Below are positions 29,616 to 38,890 of a stretch of 64,000 nucleotides of DNA, one piece after another. Made by a program: the position numbers and the translations under genes. The notes beneath the pieces were generated by a model. That model was not told the DNA's origin, searched no databases, and saw nothing but the letters and a program-made list of their open reading frames with translations. The stretch lies in IMG/VR virus record IMGVR_UViG_3300024503_000485, positions 155,445 through 219,444 of that record; one strand, written 5' to 3'. The stretch's first letter is position 1. Each line of letters starts with the position of its first letter.

Positions 29616-30626
29616 TCATACTGACAAAACTCTAGTTTCATCATAGTTGTATCTAGCATTTAATGGCTCCGCATAAGATTGTGCCTGCTCTGCAATTTTT
29701 TTCAAATCGTAGAGATGACAAAATTTCATTAATCTAATTCCAACTTGATTAACATTTTTGTTAGCAGTTGTAGCAGTATTAATTGTTTCTACAATAATTT
29801 TTTTAATTTCTTCTGGTTGATAAGACAAATCGATTAGTCGCCGATTTCTCTCATAGTCTTCCAAAACTCTGTGTTCTTTGCCTTCGTGGTCAGTCCATCT
29901 CTGAAGCATGAGATTGTTCCACGCAAATCCTTTGGTTTTACGATCTTCGAACGCTTCAGCAAGACCCACTTTTTTGCTTGTGCCTTTAGTACGCACACCT
30001 GGATACGCTGAGAAGACATTATCACTGGTATCACCACGCATACATTTTTCAAATAGTTGCCATTCTGGATTGGGTGCTGCTTTAGCTTCTTTAGTTTTTT
30101 TGTCAACAATGGGCTTACCTTTGTCATCAAAATACCCCTCATGTGTAATAGTCATTTCCATTACACCGTTATATTGTTTCACATTGGGTGCAATAAGTTG
30201 TGCAAAATCGGTATCTGTAGAAATAATAACATGGTTATCATCTGGATGATTTTGAATCCAGCCTGCAATTAAATCATCTGCTTCTAATTGCGGATGATGC
30301 ATAACGGTGCAATTTGTTTTATCTTTAATGAATTCTTTAAAGGTATCAAATGCTTCCCAAAATAGTGTATCTTCTTCTTGTTCTTTTTCGCTGTGTGCCG
30401 CACGAGCTTCTGCACGATTTCTTTTGTAGGGGGCGTAAAAATCTTTGCGCCAGCTACGACCTTCTAAGCAGAAAATAACGTGACTGCCGTTAAACTGCTG
30501 CCAGGCTTTACGAATTGAATTTAAAGTTATATGAAAAGCCATGCCAAGTTTAATATCAGCATCGCCGTTGATCACATGCCGTGCGCGAAAAAAAGTATTC
30601 GCAGTATCAACTAAAATGTAGGTCAT
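29616..30626 (-). CDS. rnh: 5'-3' exonuclease / flap endonuclease (T4 RNase H-like)
   Basis: ILVDTAN, SWRKDFYAPYKRNR, LEADDLIA, STDTDFAQL, GDTSDNV motifs. Confidence 0.9.
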   Translation of the reverse strand: MTYILVDTANTFFRARHVINGDADIKLGMAFHITLNSIRKAWQQFNGSHVIFCLEGRSWRKDFYAPYKRNRAEARAAHSEKEQEEDTLFWEAFDTFKEFIKDKTNCTVMHHPQLEADDLIAGWIQNHPDDNHVIISTDTDFAQLIAPNVKQYNGVMEMTITHEGYFDDKGKPIVDKKTKEAKAAPNPEWQLFEKCMRGDTSDNVFSAYPGVRTKGTSKKVGLAEAFEDRKTKGFAWNNLMLQRWTDHEGKEHRVLEDYERNRRLIDLSYQPEEIKKIIVETINTATTANKNVNQVGIRLMKFCHLYDLKKIAEQAQSYAEPLNARYNYDETRVLSV

Positions 30627-31060
30627 TTATTATTTCTTTTTACACTCTGTATGTCCAAAGTCCCTGTTTGTAAAGGACCACCGTAATCACCGTCAACAAC
30701 AACATTAGCACATAGTTCACGGAACCAACGATCGACAATTTCTTCGTCCAAATCACCGTCAGCACCATAACCTTCTTGCTTTAATTGTAGCACAAAATGT
30801 TCATTCCAGTCAAGTTCAAAAAAACCGTTACGAACATTGTCTTTGTTTATATGTGTATTTAACACGCCTACCCATGGTTCTTTCTTTCGAGTAGCACGAT
30901 CTTTTGGACTCAATTTAGCCAATTCTTGTTCTTGAGCAATTTCTTTTAGGCTATTTTCGGCTTCTTCTTTTAATTTGTTAGCCTGTTCAAGTGCTAATCT
31001 TGCTTCTTCAATGTTGGCTTCGATTTTATCTAAACCAAATAATTTTTTAATAAATTTCAT
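30623..31060 (-). CDS. Hypothetical protein
   Basis: Start MKFIKK is coupled to the queE stop (TAATG). Confidence 0.65.
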   Translation of the reverse strand: MKFIKKLFGLDKIEANIEEARLALEQANKLKEEAENSLKEIAQEQELAKLSPKDRATRKKEPWVGVLNTHINKDNVRNGFFELDWNEHFVLQLKQEGYGADGDLDEEIVDRWFRELCANVVVDGDYGGPLQTGTLDIQSVKRNNK

Positions 31061-31923
31061 TAAGTTCCCCACTCATTTTTAAATAATGGTACTTGTAGTC
31101 TATCACTATAGCGCAAGCCATTTTTCATCGCTAGTTCAGCGACCCTACGATTATTAAGAGTATAAACAGACTCCACCCCACCAACTGGCATAAGATATAC
31201 GGGTCCTGTAAACCCTTCGGCTCTGTAAATGTCTGCTGTTTCAATTGCTTCTTCTGCATCTTCTTCTGTCGCTACTACAAACTTAAGGTAAGTGTAGCCA
31301 ACCTCCTCATATTCACATACAATGTCTGGACGAATAGCTTCACTGCGTTCTTCACCGGAACAACTTAGTTTAGCACTTACACTAAATGTAATTTCTTTAT
31401 TATATTCTGGATGCGGCATCAACCATTCGATAGAAAGAAATTCTTTAAACTCTGGCGTTAGTTTTTGAGTACCATTAGTTTCAAAGGTAATCTCTTTTAA
31501 ACCAGCCATCTTAGGATGGCGCAACAGATCTGGATAAGCACGTTGCCAACCTAGTAACGGCTCGCCGCCTGTAATGACCAAGTGTTCGTCCTGCCACTGA
31601 TTAAATGGAAGGATTTCGCAGATACGTTCTGCAATACCATCTGTTGTAAGCATAGGACTAAGATCTTTAAAACGAGGATCCCAACTAGCGTAACTATCAC
31701 AGCCTGTGCTAACAAGCGGAAGTTCTTCGTATTTTGTATAAGGTTTTCTTTCGTGCTGGATAGCAATATCTTCAACTTCTGCACTTAGTTCGCCCTTTGG
31801 CATACCAAAGCCTGCACATTTAAAGTTACAACCAAATGTACGTAAGAAAACAGAAGGCACACCCATAAAGCGTCCTTCACCTTGAATGCTATAAAATAGC
31901 TCTGCGATTTTAATTTTGCTCAT
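31060..31923 (-). CDS. queE: 7-carboxy-7-deazaguanine synthase (radical SAM)
   Basis: ELFYSIQGEG..GVPSVFLRTFGCNFKC...GCDS, VITGGEP, FETNGT, SVSAKL, YLMP, RLQV signature. Confidence 0.88.
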   Translation of the reverse strand: MSKIKIAELFYSIQGEGRFMGVPSVFLRTFGCNFKCAGFGMPKGELSAEVEDIAIQHERKPYTKYEELPLVSTGCDSYASWDPRFKDLSPMLTTDGIAERICEILPFNQWQDEHLVITGGEPLLGWQRAYPDLLRHPKMAGLKEITFETNGTQKLTPEFKEFLSIEWLMPHPEYNKEITFSVSAKLSCSGEERSEAIRPDIVCEYEEVGYTYLKFVVATEEDAEEAIETADIYRAEGFTGPVYLMPVGGVESVYTLNNRRVAELAMKNGLRYSDRLQVPLFKNEWGT

Positions 31924-32101
31924 TGTTTATTATACCTTTATATATGAAATTTGTCAAGTCCTCTTTGACCAAACTCCATGTTCCGTCTTTATTATCAATC
32001 CAATTTATAGTATCGCCTTCTTTCCAACCCATCTCATTTAGTAAATCTTGAGGCAATGGTAATATTCCATCTTCGTTAATCGTTAATGTCCAACTTTTCA
32101 A
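31910..32101 (-). CDS. AbrB/MazE-like small DNA-binding protein
   Basis: DGILPLPQDLLNEMGWKEGDTINW pattern; TTG start. Confidence 0.6.
   Translation of the reverse strand: MKSWTLTINEDGILPLPQDLLNEMGWKEGDTINWIDNKDGTWSLVKEDLTNFIYKGIINNEQN
31929..31957 (-). promoter_or_regulatory. Consensus sigma70 promoter TTGACA-N17-TATAAT for queE (probably leaderless mRNA)
   Basis: -35 at 31952-31957, -10 at 31929-31934; only 5 nt separate the -10 from the ATG. Confidence 0.8.
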
Positions 32102-32594
32102 CTTTTACTCCGGATTTTTCAAGAAATTTAATTCCATCATCATTACGATAAGATTCGCGATAGAAAACACTATTAATCCCGCTTTGATAAATGAGTTTGG
32201 CACAATCAAGGCAAGGACTATGAGTAACAAACATAGTAGCATTCGCACCAGACTCAGTACTTTTAGCCAATTTGGCAATTGCATTTGTTTCTGCATGTAA
32301 TACCTCGGGTTTAGTTTTTAATCCAAAATGAACGTTACATCCTGCTTCTTCATTCCATTCTTCGTATGGATATTTAGAAAGAAATTCGTCGGGACTCAGC
32401 CATCCGCCTGCTCCGGTGTCATAATCTCTATATTCGCAGTTATTTTCCCAACCAGCCGGCATACCATTATAGCCAATACTGATAATTCTATCATCTTTGA
32501 CTACAATAGCACCAACATGTAATCTTTGTGCATGACTAAGCTCGGAGAATAATTGAGCGGCCTTCATGTATGCGCTCTTCATTTTTTCTTTCAT
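32076..32594 (-). CDS. dCMP deaminase
   Basis: VGAIVV..SIGYNG, HAETNAI, SPCLDC zinc motifs. Confidence 0.9.
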   Translation of the reverse strand: MKEKMKSAYMKAAQLFSELSHAQRLHVGAIVVKDDRIISIGYNGMPAGWENNCEYRDYDTGAGGWLSPDEFLSKYPYEEWNEEAGCNVHFGLKTKPEVLHAETNAIAKLAKSTESGANATMFVTHSPCLDCAKLIYQSGINSVFYRESYRNDDGIKFLEKSGVKVEKLDIND

Positions 32595-32787
32595 TTCTAT
32601 CCCTTTGTTCTTGCTTCCAATGATCGTATCTTAATTTTCTACACGCATCTCGAACTTCTGCAGGAATATCTGGATGCCATTCGGCCATGCCGCAGTCGTA
32701 TACTCGTTGTCGAGGAAAATCTAATAATACAAGAATTCCAAGGCCAACTATTATTATTAATGCTGCAACAATTTTATCAAATTTCAT
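32536..32787 (-). CDS. Small membrane-anchored protein
   Basis: N-terminal hydrophobic helix; YDCGMAEWHPDIP..C. Confidence 0.55.
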   Translation of the reverse strand: MKFDKIVAALIIIVGLGILVLLDFPRQRVYDCGMAEWHPDIPAEVRDACRKLRYDHWKQEQRDRNERKNEERIHEGRSIILRA

Positions 32788-32978
32788 AAAGCGTGACTTA
32801 CTAAAATTTTACACATTAGAGCATCGTGTTCATTTTTAAAAAAGAATTTCATACATTCTTCGCTTACTTCTGTTGTGTATCGACCGCCGGGTAGTCCAAA
32901 GTGTTCGAGAACACTAGCACAGGTTCCACTCCACCAAACATCACCTTGATTACGCCACGGTATAGTAATAACATTCAT
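32784..32978 (-). CDS. Hypothetical protein
   Basis: 64-aa ORF with ATGA overlaps on both sides. Confidence 0.6.
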   Translation of the reverse strand: MNVITIPWRNQGDVWWSGTCASVLEHFGLPGGRYTTEVSEECMKFFFKNEHDALMCKILVSHAL

Positions 32979-33169
32979 TCTGGTAATGGATTAAATCGTT
33001 GAAGAAAACTTTCAATGTAACAACTCCATTCCTGACATTCTGCTATATTAGGATTGCAGTTATCTAATCGATAATACACCCAAGTATGATCATCGATTTC
33101 GGTTACACTAATAACACGAAATTTTTTTCTATCATTATAGGTACCCCAAAGTGTTCCTGCTTTAACCAT
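32975..33169 (-). CDS. Hypothetical protein
   Basis: 64-aa ORF overlapping its neighbours. Confidence 0.6.
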   Translation of the reverse strand: MVKAGTLWGTYNDRKKFRVISVTEIDDHTWVYYRLDNCNPNIAECQEWSCYIESFLQRFNPLPE

Positions 33170-33749
33170 ATTCTTTGTTCCTTAAAAATTGTGACAGCAA
33201 TTCAAAAATAACTTTATTTCCTTTTTCAGTATAATGATTAATTAAACCTCTTTCCGAACTCCAAAGTCTACTAAAATCAAAATGATTTTTTTCTATTGAT
33301 AGTTTTTTTAAAATTTCAATATGAGATAAACTTATATAAGGAATTGTTATTATACTATTAATTTCTTTTCTTAACAACCGATAAACATCTAATTGATACT
33401 CGTCGTCGTAGTGATATTTGAACCATCCTTGAGCAGTTTTTAAATTACCATCAAACAAAGAAAAATTTTCGTTTATGTCGGTTAAAATTAAATCACAATC
33501 TTTATGAAATCCAGTTTTATGAATTGGATGATTTGGAGTATGTATTCTACTAGGACTGGTATGACTAACAATTATACAATCATACAGGTGTTGGTTAATA
33601 GTTTCAATTTGTTTATATATTTTGTATTCGCCTACGCCAGCTTGAGCTACATTTGTAACTTCGTGTTCTTTAGCCAATAAATCAACCCAACCAATAGAGG
33701 CATTTGGCCACTTAGCGGCAAAACTATCACCGGCAATTAAAATTCTCAT
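33162..33749 (-). CDS. SGNH/GDSL-like hydrolase or acyltransferase
   Basis: LIAGDSF, NVAQAGVG, C-terminal NHY. Confidence 0.7.
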   Translation of the reverse strand: MRILIAGDSFAAKWPNASIGWVDLLAKEHEVTNVAQAGVGEYKIYKQIETINQHLYDCIIVSHTSPSRIHTPNHPIHKTGFHKDCDLILTDINENFSLFDGNLKTAQGWFKYHYDDEYQLDVYRLLRKEINSIITIPYISLSHIEILKKLSIEKNHFDFSRLWSSERGLINHYTEKGNKVIFELLSQFLRNKEYG

Positions 33750-34564
33750 AGTGCTTTCAACCAGGGTAGATATTTAGTAGCAATGAGAGTGTGATAATCT
33801 TTATTATAATGTTCGTTGTCTTCGATAAAATATTTTGTATGGTCAATATTTTTATCTAAAAAGAATTTTTCAACGGTCTTAGGTGCTAATGTTGTAGCTT
33901 TTAATTGTCCGTAGTAGTTATAAACATCGGGAAATTTCAATCTTTCTGTAAAATTAAAAAGATATAATTTAGCATTGTTTTCAAAACAAATTCTATCCCA
34001 GGCAAAGATTTGTAAACCAAAATCTCTTTTTTCTAAAAAAGAGTTTAATTCAAAAAATAATTTAACCTGCATATAAGTATTTTTTCTTAGATCAGGTTCT
34101 AATAATCCTTTCTCAGCAGATAAATTCATACCGGGAAATTTTGAATAATCGTCGTATGTGGGTTTATTGAATAATTGAAGTTTGTCTTTAACTACCGTAT
34201 TGTCAACGTATCTAGAAATTAAAGAATTATCACTATCACATTTTAATTTAAAATGATCTACAGGAATAACATCGTCGGATAATTCATTATCAAATCCTAT
34301 TGTAAAACGATTTAAAGGTGCTACACATAGAAATACTTCATCAATGTCGTTATATTCTTCAAACATCGATTTTAACCAGTCTGTATACACACGATTGTTT
34401 ACACCTGCCATTGCATATATAGCCGCAGGTTTGTTTAGTTCGGACGAATAAATTTCTCCGTAATTATTTTCATTCCAGTAAGAAAAACTTCCTGGACCAA
34501 TTTTTCCAGGAATACTATGGTATCCACAAGTATGACTATCTCCAATAAACAACGATCTTGACAT
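33746..34564 (-). CDS. SGNH/GDSL-like hydrolase or acyltransferase
   Basis: FIGDSHT, YAMAGVNN, DNEHY (DxxH); TAATG-coupled start. Confidence 0.7.
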   Translation of the reverse strand: MSRSLFIGDSHTCGYHSIPGKIGPGSFSYWNENNYGEIYSSELNKPAAIYAMAGVNNRVYTDWLKSMFEEYNDIDEVFLCVAPLNRFTIGFDNELSDDVIPVDHFKLKCDSDNSLISRYVDNTVVKDKLQLFNKPTYDDYSKFPGMNLSAEKGLLEPDLRKNTYMQVKLFFELNSFLEKRDFGLQIFAWDRICFENNAKLYLFNFTERLKFPDVYNYYGQLKATTLAPKTVEKFFLDKNIDHTKYFIEDNEHYNKDYHTLIATKYLPWLKAL

Positions 34565-34956
34565 TACCACTTCCTATAATTACCTCGTTCTGGAATAACG
34601 TGTCTAACCCCACCAGTGGGATCTTCCATATCGCCTGTTCGTCTTGGAATTAAATGTACATGAGGCCACGGAACCGTTTGTCCTGCTGATTGGCCATAGT
34701 TAAGACCAATATTAAACCCATCCCATTCTCCGGTGCCTACACGTTTAATTCCATCTTTAACTGCATCTTCAAAACAATCCATTAGCACATCAATAGTATT
34801 GTATTTAGGCACAAAAAGAAGATGGCCATCAGTAACAGGATACTTATCTCTAAATACTCTAACATGATAGTCTTCCTCTACAAGTTCGGTCCACGGTGCT
34901 TTTGAATCTTCAATAAAATCAGGCTCCGACGGAAATACTTTATGTTCGTGTTTCAT
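34564..34956 (-). CDS. HIT family nucleotide hydrolase
   Basis: DKYPVTDGHLL, GFNIGLN.GQSAGQTVPWPHVHLIPR. Confidence 0.9.
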   Translation of the reverse strand: MKHEHKVFPSEPDFIEDSKAPWTELVEEDYHVRVFRDKYPVTDGHLLFVPKYNTIDVLMDCFEDAVKDGIKRVGTGEWDGFNIGLNYGQSAGQTVPWPHVHLIPRRTGDMEDPTGGVRHVIPERGNYRKW

Positions 34957-35540
34957 TTTGACCACCACTCTTCCCAAGGAAAATCAACCCATACATCCTC
35001 TTCTGCTTTGTTAATTTCCATGCCAACAAAATCCATTTTTACATTACACTTACTAGCAAGATTATCAACTAAAACAGCAAATTTAACATTTTCGTTCCAA
35101 ACTTCGTTCCACGAGTCGTCTCCTGGAAAACAACTAGAGCGCCAATCATCCATAATCCAATTAAAGGTAGCGCCACTATCGTTTATATCGTCTACAATTA
35201 AAATATTTTTGTAAGTAGCCCCGTCTTCTAACAAACCACTAGCTACATCTAAAATACTTCCAATGTCGTTAGCATCGTCAATTATACGATCCTTAGTTGG
35301 AGGACCAAGTGCATCTTCTGCCATCCACATATTGCTTTCTCCACCGCTGCCATCTCTTAAACTAACATTTAAAGTCCACATTGGTACATTAAGATAATGA
35401 CTCAACAATACAGCGGGAATAAGGCCACCGCGAGTTAGGCCAACAATATAATCTGGCTTCCAATATCCTGTTGCAATATTTCTTCCAATTTTTGAAACCA
35501 ACCCTGTCATTTCATGCTGGTTGATTATGAGCTTTTTCAT
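34953..35540 (-). CDS. Type I phosphoribosyltransferase (Gpt/Hpt-like)
   Basis: GLTRGGLIPA, ILIVDDINDSGAT PRPP-binding loop, WVDFPWE. Confidence 0.88.
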   Translation of the reverse strand: MKKLIINQHEMTGLVSKIGRNIATGYWKPDYIVGLTRGGLIPAVLLSHYLNVPMWTLNVSLRDGSGGESNMWMAEDALGPPTKDRIIDDANDIGSILDVASGLLEDGATYKNILIVDDINDSGATFNWIMDDWRSSCFPGDDSWNEVWNENVKFAVLVDNLASKCNVKMDFVGMEINKAEEDVWVDFPWEEWWSK

Positions 35541-35958
35541 ATCTCTCCTTTAGATACTCTTCATGTTGTATCCATTTACCGTTAACATCAAAACCCCAAT
35601 CGCGTTGTTTAGGACCAGGCATAAAAATAGTCCAGCACTCAACACCTGGTTCTAATTCAACACGATGAAAGCTATTAGCACTACAAGTTCTAAAATGACC
35701 AGGACCTCTCCAGAATCTTCCTTCTGGAGTAGTTTCCCAGTAACCACCTTTGAGAATTAGTGTAGCATAAGGCCAAGGATGATCGTGTAAATCGTCCGGA
35801 TCACCTTTTAAGAATTTGTGTAAAAAGATATTAAATGGAAAACGATCTCTATCTTTTAGAAAAAGATAGTAACGTTCTAAATATGGTTCGTTTACTTCTC
35901 GATCCATAACGATACGTTTACGACCCATACCTTCTAAAAGATTAAGAAACCATTTCAT
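35512..35958 (-). CDS. Cupin-fold protein
   Basis: HDHPW..LKGGYWE..HRVEL..WTIF; ATGA-coupled start MKWFLN. Confidence 0.7.
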   Translation of the reverse strand: MKWFLNLLEGMGRKRIVMDREVNEPYLERYYLFLKDRDRFPFNIFLHKFLKGDPDDLHDHPWPYATLILKGGYWETTPEGRFWRGPGHFRTCSANSFHRVELEPGVECWTIFMPGPKQRDWGFDVNGKWIQHEEYLKERYEKAHNQPA

Positions 35959-36170
35959 GTGCGATCCTTTAACCATGCGTCTACTTTTGCTTCTGCTTCT
36001 TCTTGTGTAACAGCATAAGCATAGATCCAAAAACAATCATCTTTACCTTTGATATCAAAAGGAACACTACCGTTAAACAGGATTCCTTCTTCTAACATAC
36101 GTTTTACTTCAAATTTCTTTAAATTTCTTGCACGATTAATTAAATCGTTAGCCATGTCTACTGAATTCAT
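35955..36170 (-). CDS. Hypothetical protein
   Basis: 71-aa ORF with ATGA overlaps. Confidence 0.6.
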   Translation of the reverse strand: MNSVDMANDLINRARNLKKFEVKRMLEEGILFNGSVPFDIKGKDDCFWIYAYAVTQEEAEAKVDAWLKDRT

Positions 36171-36913
36171 CTTGGGGCAAACTCCTGTTGTAGTTTAATG
36201 TTATCAAAGAATTCTTTCTTTGTACCAGGATCATCTTTAAACGCACCTTTGAGTACGGTGGTCTGTGTAAGACTAGAATGTGCCATAATACCACGATTCT
36301 CACAGCATCCGTGTACTGCTTGAATATAAACGCCTAGGTCTCTAGCTTCTGTGGCTTTTTCGATCTCCCGAGCAATGTCATTAGCAAGTTCCTCCTGGAG
36401 AGTACCACGTCGGGCACACCACTGGGCGATTCTTGTGTATTTGCTGAGTCCGATGAGCTTTTGGGCAGCAATAATACCAATATAAGCAACGCCAGTAACG
36501 GGTTGGTGATGATGGCTACACATACTGCGAAGCTCGCTACGAACAACCAACATACCTTCGTAACGGTCCTCCGAGTCATTTGGAAACGCTGTTGCTGATG
36601 GTTTTGGGTCATATCTTCCTGCCATTATTTCGTTAAAATACATCTTAGCAAGGCGACGTGCTGTGCCTTTACTATTAGGATCGTTTTCACGATCAATTAG
36701 CAACCGATCAAGCACTAGTTCAAATGCCTCTGTTGCTTCGTCAATTAGTCGTTCTTTATCGCCTTCGTGTAAAAAGTCGCTGATATTATCGCCAGCCCAA
36801 AAGCGTTTGCCCTCACGTTTCATTTTAAAACGAAGATGATCGCCTAAGTATGCTTCTTCGTAACCACCGTTCCCTGCCATTGCGTCCAGGGCTGTTTCTT
36901 TTTTATCTGTCAA
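36167..36913 (-). CDS. folE: GTP cyclohydrolase I
   Basis: TARRLAKMY, SMCSHHHQP, GLSKYTR, LQEEL, HGCCENRG; TTG start with GGAG RBS. Confidence 0.93.
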   Translation of the reverse strand: MTDKKETALDAMAGNGGYEEAYLGDHLRFKMKREGKRFWAGDNISDFLHEGDKERLIDEATEAFELVLDRLLIDRENDPNSKGTARRLAKMYFNEIMAGRYDPKPSATAFPNDSEDRYEGMLVVRSELRSMCSHHHQPVTGVAYIGIIAAQKLIGLSKYTRIAQWCARRGTLQEELANDIAREIEKATEARDLGVYIQAVHGCCENRGIMAHSSLTQTTVLKGAFKDDPGTKKEFFDNIKLQQEFAPR

Positions 36914-36952
36914 TTAAATTTCTCCGAGTTAATGTCGTGGATGACATATTAG

Positions 36953-38014
36953 TTATTTTAACATATCTAATAGGTTATCGCAACTAAAATAGTTTTCTTT
37001 TAGTTTTGTTACTTGTTTATTTAGGCGAGGTAGATAAGATTTATAATTTTCCATATAGTGAATAACTCGATCTACAACAGCACTTCTGTATTTTTTATAG
37101 CTGTCAAATGATTCTGTCCATTCGCTAGGATATTTGAAATCCTCCATTGACATTTCGCTGTAACTTAAACGATCTGGAACCATAGGTATTGCATCAACAA
37201 TTGCACCTTCATACCAACTAATACCTAGTGTTTCTTGCAGGTTAGCACTAAACACAAGTTTAGCTTCTCCTAAGAAATTATGATATTCGTTTTTGGTTAG
37301 TTGGCGTTCTTGACAAACAACAAATTCATACTGCGGTAACTGCTCTTTAAGATCATTAAAAATGTCAACTTGTTTTTCAGGAGCAATACGATGAGGAAAA
37401 AGGATTAGATCTTTTTTAGCCATTCCTTTATATTGCAATAAAGTATCTTCCATATACTCCATTGGCCAACCAGTACGAGTCATTTTATAATAATTTTCTG
37501 GTCCGTACATACCGCCAAACAAATTCTTATTAAACATTTCGATATGAAATTGAGTAGCAAAGTAGTTGTGGTCGAACGCATGAAAGAAACTTTTCTCAGC
37601 GTGTCTAACCCAGGGAGCATCGCCGATGAGTCTGCCTAGAAAGTCTTGAGGATCGTATGACCCAGCATGCCATAAGCCATGTGTGGTTACTGGAATGTTC
37701 AATAACTCACTCATGTACTTTAAATTTATGATACCAGGATGCCAAGCATCAGTAAACAAAAAGTGATCGCCGGGATGAACGGCTCCGTTACAAAATAAAC
37801 GCCCCATCTGCTCAACTTGGCTAGACTTATAGATATTAGTCCCGCCAAAATTAAGAAAGGCGCCAGGAGTAGTGGCACTAGGAATGTCCGTAGGACCAGA
37901 TATAATTTGAACATTGTGACCTGCCTTTCGAAGAAGTGAAGGTAAATGGGTTTTCCACTCGCCTGTATAGCGAGTTTCTACTGCTTCAAGGTCAACGAGG
38001 AAAACCCTTGCCAT
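36953..38014 (-). CDS. GT-B (GT4-like, retaining) glycosyltransferase within the 7-deazaguanine cluster
   Basis: FPHRIAPEK and FSANLQETLGISWYEG (E-x7-E) motifs; start reassigned to MARVFLV. Confidence 0.75.
   Translation of the reverse strand: MARVFLVDLEAVETRYTGEWKTHLPSLLRKAGHNVQIISGPTDIPSATTPGAFLNFGGTNIYKSSQVEQMGRLFCNGAVHPGDHFLFTDAWHPGIINLKYMSELLNIPVTTHGLWHAGSYDPQDFLGRLIGDAPWVRHAEKSFFHAFDHNYFATQFHIEMFNKNLFGGMYGPENYYKMTRTGWPMEYMEDTLLQYKGMAKKDLILFPHRIAPEKQVDIFNDLKEQLPQYEFVVCQERQLTKNEYHNFLGEAKLVFSANLQETLGISWYEGAIVDAIPMVPDRLSYSEMSMEDFKYPSEWTESFDSYKKYRSAVVDRVIHYMENYKSYLPRLNKQVTKLKENYFSCDNLLDMLK
36955..36983 (-). promoter_or_regulatory. Sigma70-type promoter TTGCGA-N17-TAAAAT upstream of folE
   Basis: Correct spacing; lies in the 3' end of the GT gene. 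Confidence 0.5.
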
Positions 38015-38015
38015 A

Positions 38016-38276
38016 TTAACGACCCCTGCGATCGTAATTTCGATTGTCGTAGTTACGACCTTCGAATCTTGGTTTATTTCCTTGGTAAGGTCGACGTGGT
38101 CGCTTACTTGCCAAGTATGCACCATAATTAGGTGCATCTTTACGATACAACTCCGCTGGATCAAAATTGCGAAGTTCGAAGCGACACCAGTCGTAGTATG
38201 CTTCTAGATCATCCCAAACTTTTACAACGTCCGGGCGGTTTTCAAAATAGGAATAATCCTTATAATTACGAGCCAT
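38016..38276 (-). CDS. Hypothetical protein with Arg-rich C-terminus
   Basis: 86-aa ORF, AAGGA RBS. Confidence 0.65.
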   Translation of the reverse strand: MARNYKDYSYFENRPDVVKVWDDLEAYYDWCRFELRNFDPAELYRKDAPNYGAYLASKRPRRPYQGNKPRFEGRNYDNRNYDRRGR

Positions 38277-38288
38277 TATAGCTTTCCT

Positions 38289-38678
38289 TTAGTACTTGAT
38301 GAAACTACCATTTTCTCCGTCTTCGGAGACCTCAATCCAAACCTCACGGTCGGGATACTTTTTGCTAATCATGTCATATAAATCATCTGACATCATTTCG
38401 CAACTTTTAAAATCTAAACTCAGTGTAGCATCTGCGTAGAGATTTTGCAACCAACGTTTAAATTGAATAAACTCAATATCGCGGTCATTGTGAGTAACAC
38501 CAATCCATACCTTAAAATGGAAGATATGTCGATGTGGATAGCCTAGGAAACTTACATCATATTCATCACCTGTTGCTAGGTTAGGATCTGTAAGTGCTGC
38601 GGGATATTTGTGCATACCTTCTTTTTGAAAGGTAACCCAAATCATTTTGTTAGGACGAATGTCTTGTTTGATAATCAT
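38289..38678 (-). CDS. QueD-like T-fold protein, DpdL-type (LxxxHRHxF)
   Basis: FLGYPHRHIFHF, DRDIEF, SCEM, VSEDGENG; lacks the canonical QueD CxxxHGH; ATGA-coupled start MIIKQ. Confidence 0.75.
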   Translation of the reverse strand: MIIKQDIRPNKMIWVTFQKEGMHKYPAALTDPNLATGDEYDVSFLGYPHRHIFHFKVWIGVTHNDRDIEFIQFKRWLQNLYADATLSLDFKSCEMMSDDLYDMISKKYPDREVWIEVSEDGENGSFIKY

Positions 38679-38890
38679 ATTTGCATCAAGCCGTCGCACA
38701 GCTCTTTAATTTCATCTCTGGTCATATTAAAGTTATAGATACTTGAAGTATCAACTTTACCTTGTTTATTTAGGCTTTCTTGCACAAAGTCTAAACTAAT
38801 AAGACCTTTTGGAGCAATACATTCGTTTGCTACAACCTTTAAACGAAAGCCGGGATTTTCATGTACAACAAATTCTTTTTTAACTCTCAT
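38675..38890 (-). CDS. Hypothetical protein
   Basis: 71-aa ORF with ATGA overlaps. Confidence 0.6.
   Translation of the reverse strand: MRVKKEFVVHENPGFRLKVVANECIAPKGLISLDFVQESLNKQGKVDTSSIYNFNMTRDEIKELCDGLMQI

Noticed and set aside
36953-38164. Track starts that over-extend genes (38164, 36036, 34977, 46187, 49326, 58334, 45524, 29659, 38699)
   Set aside because: Downstream ATGs have RBSs, stop-start overlaps or promoter spacing, and they avoid long overlaps with neighbours.
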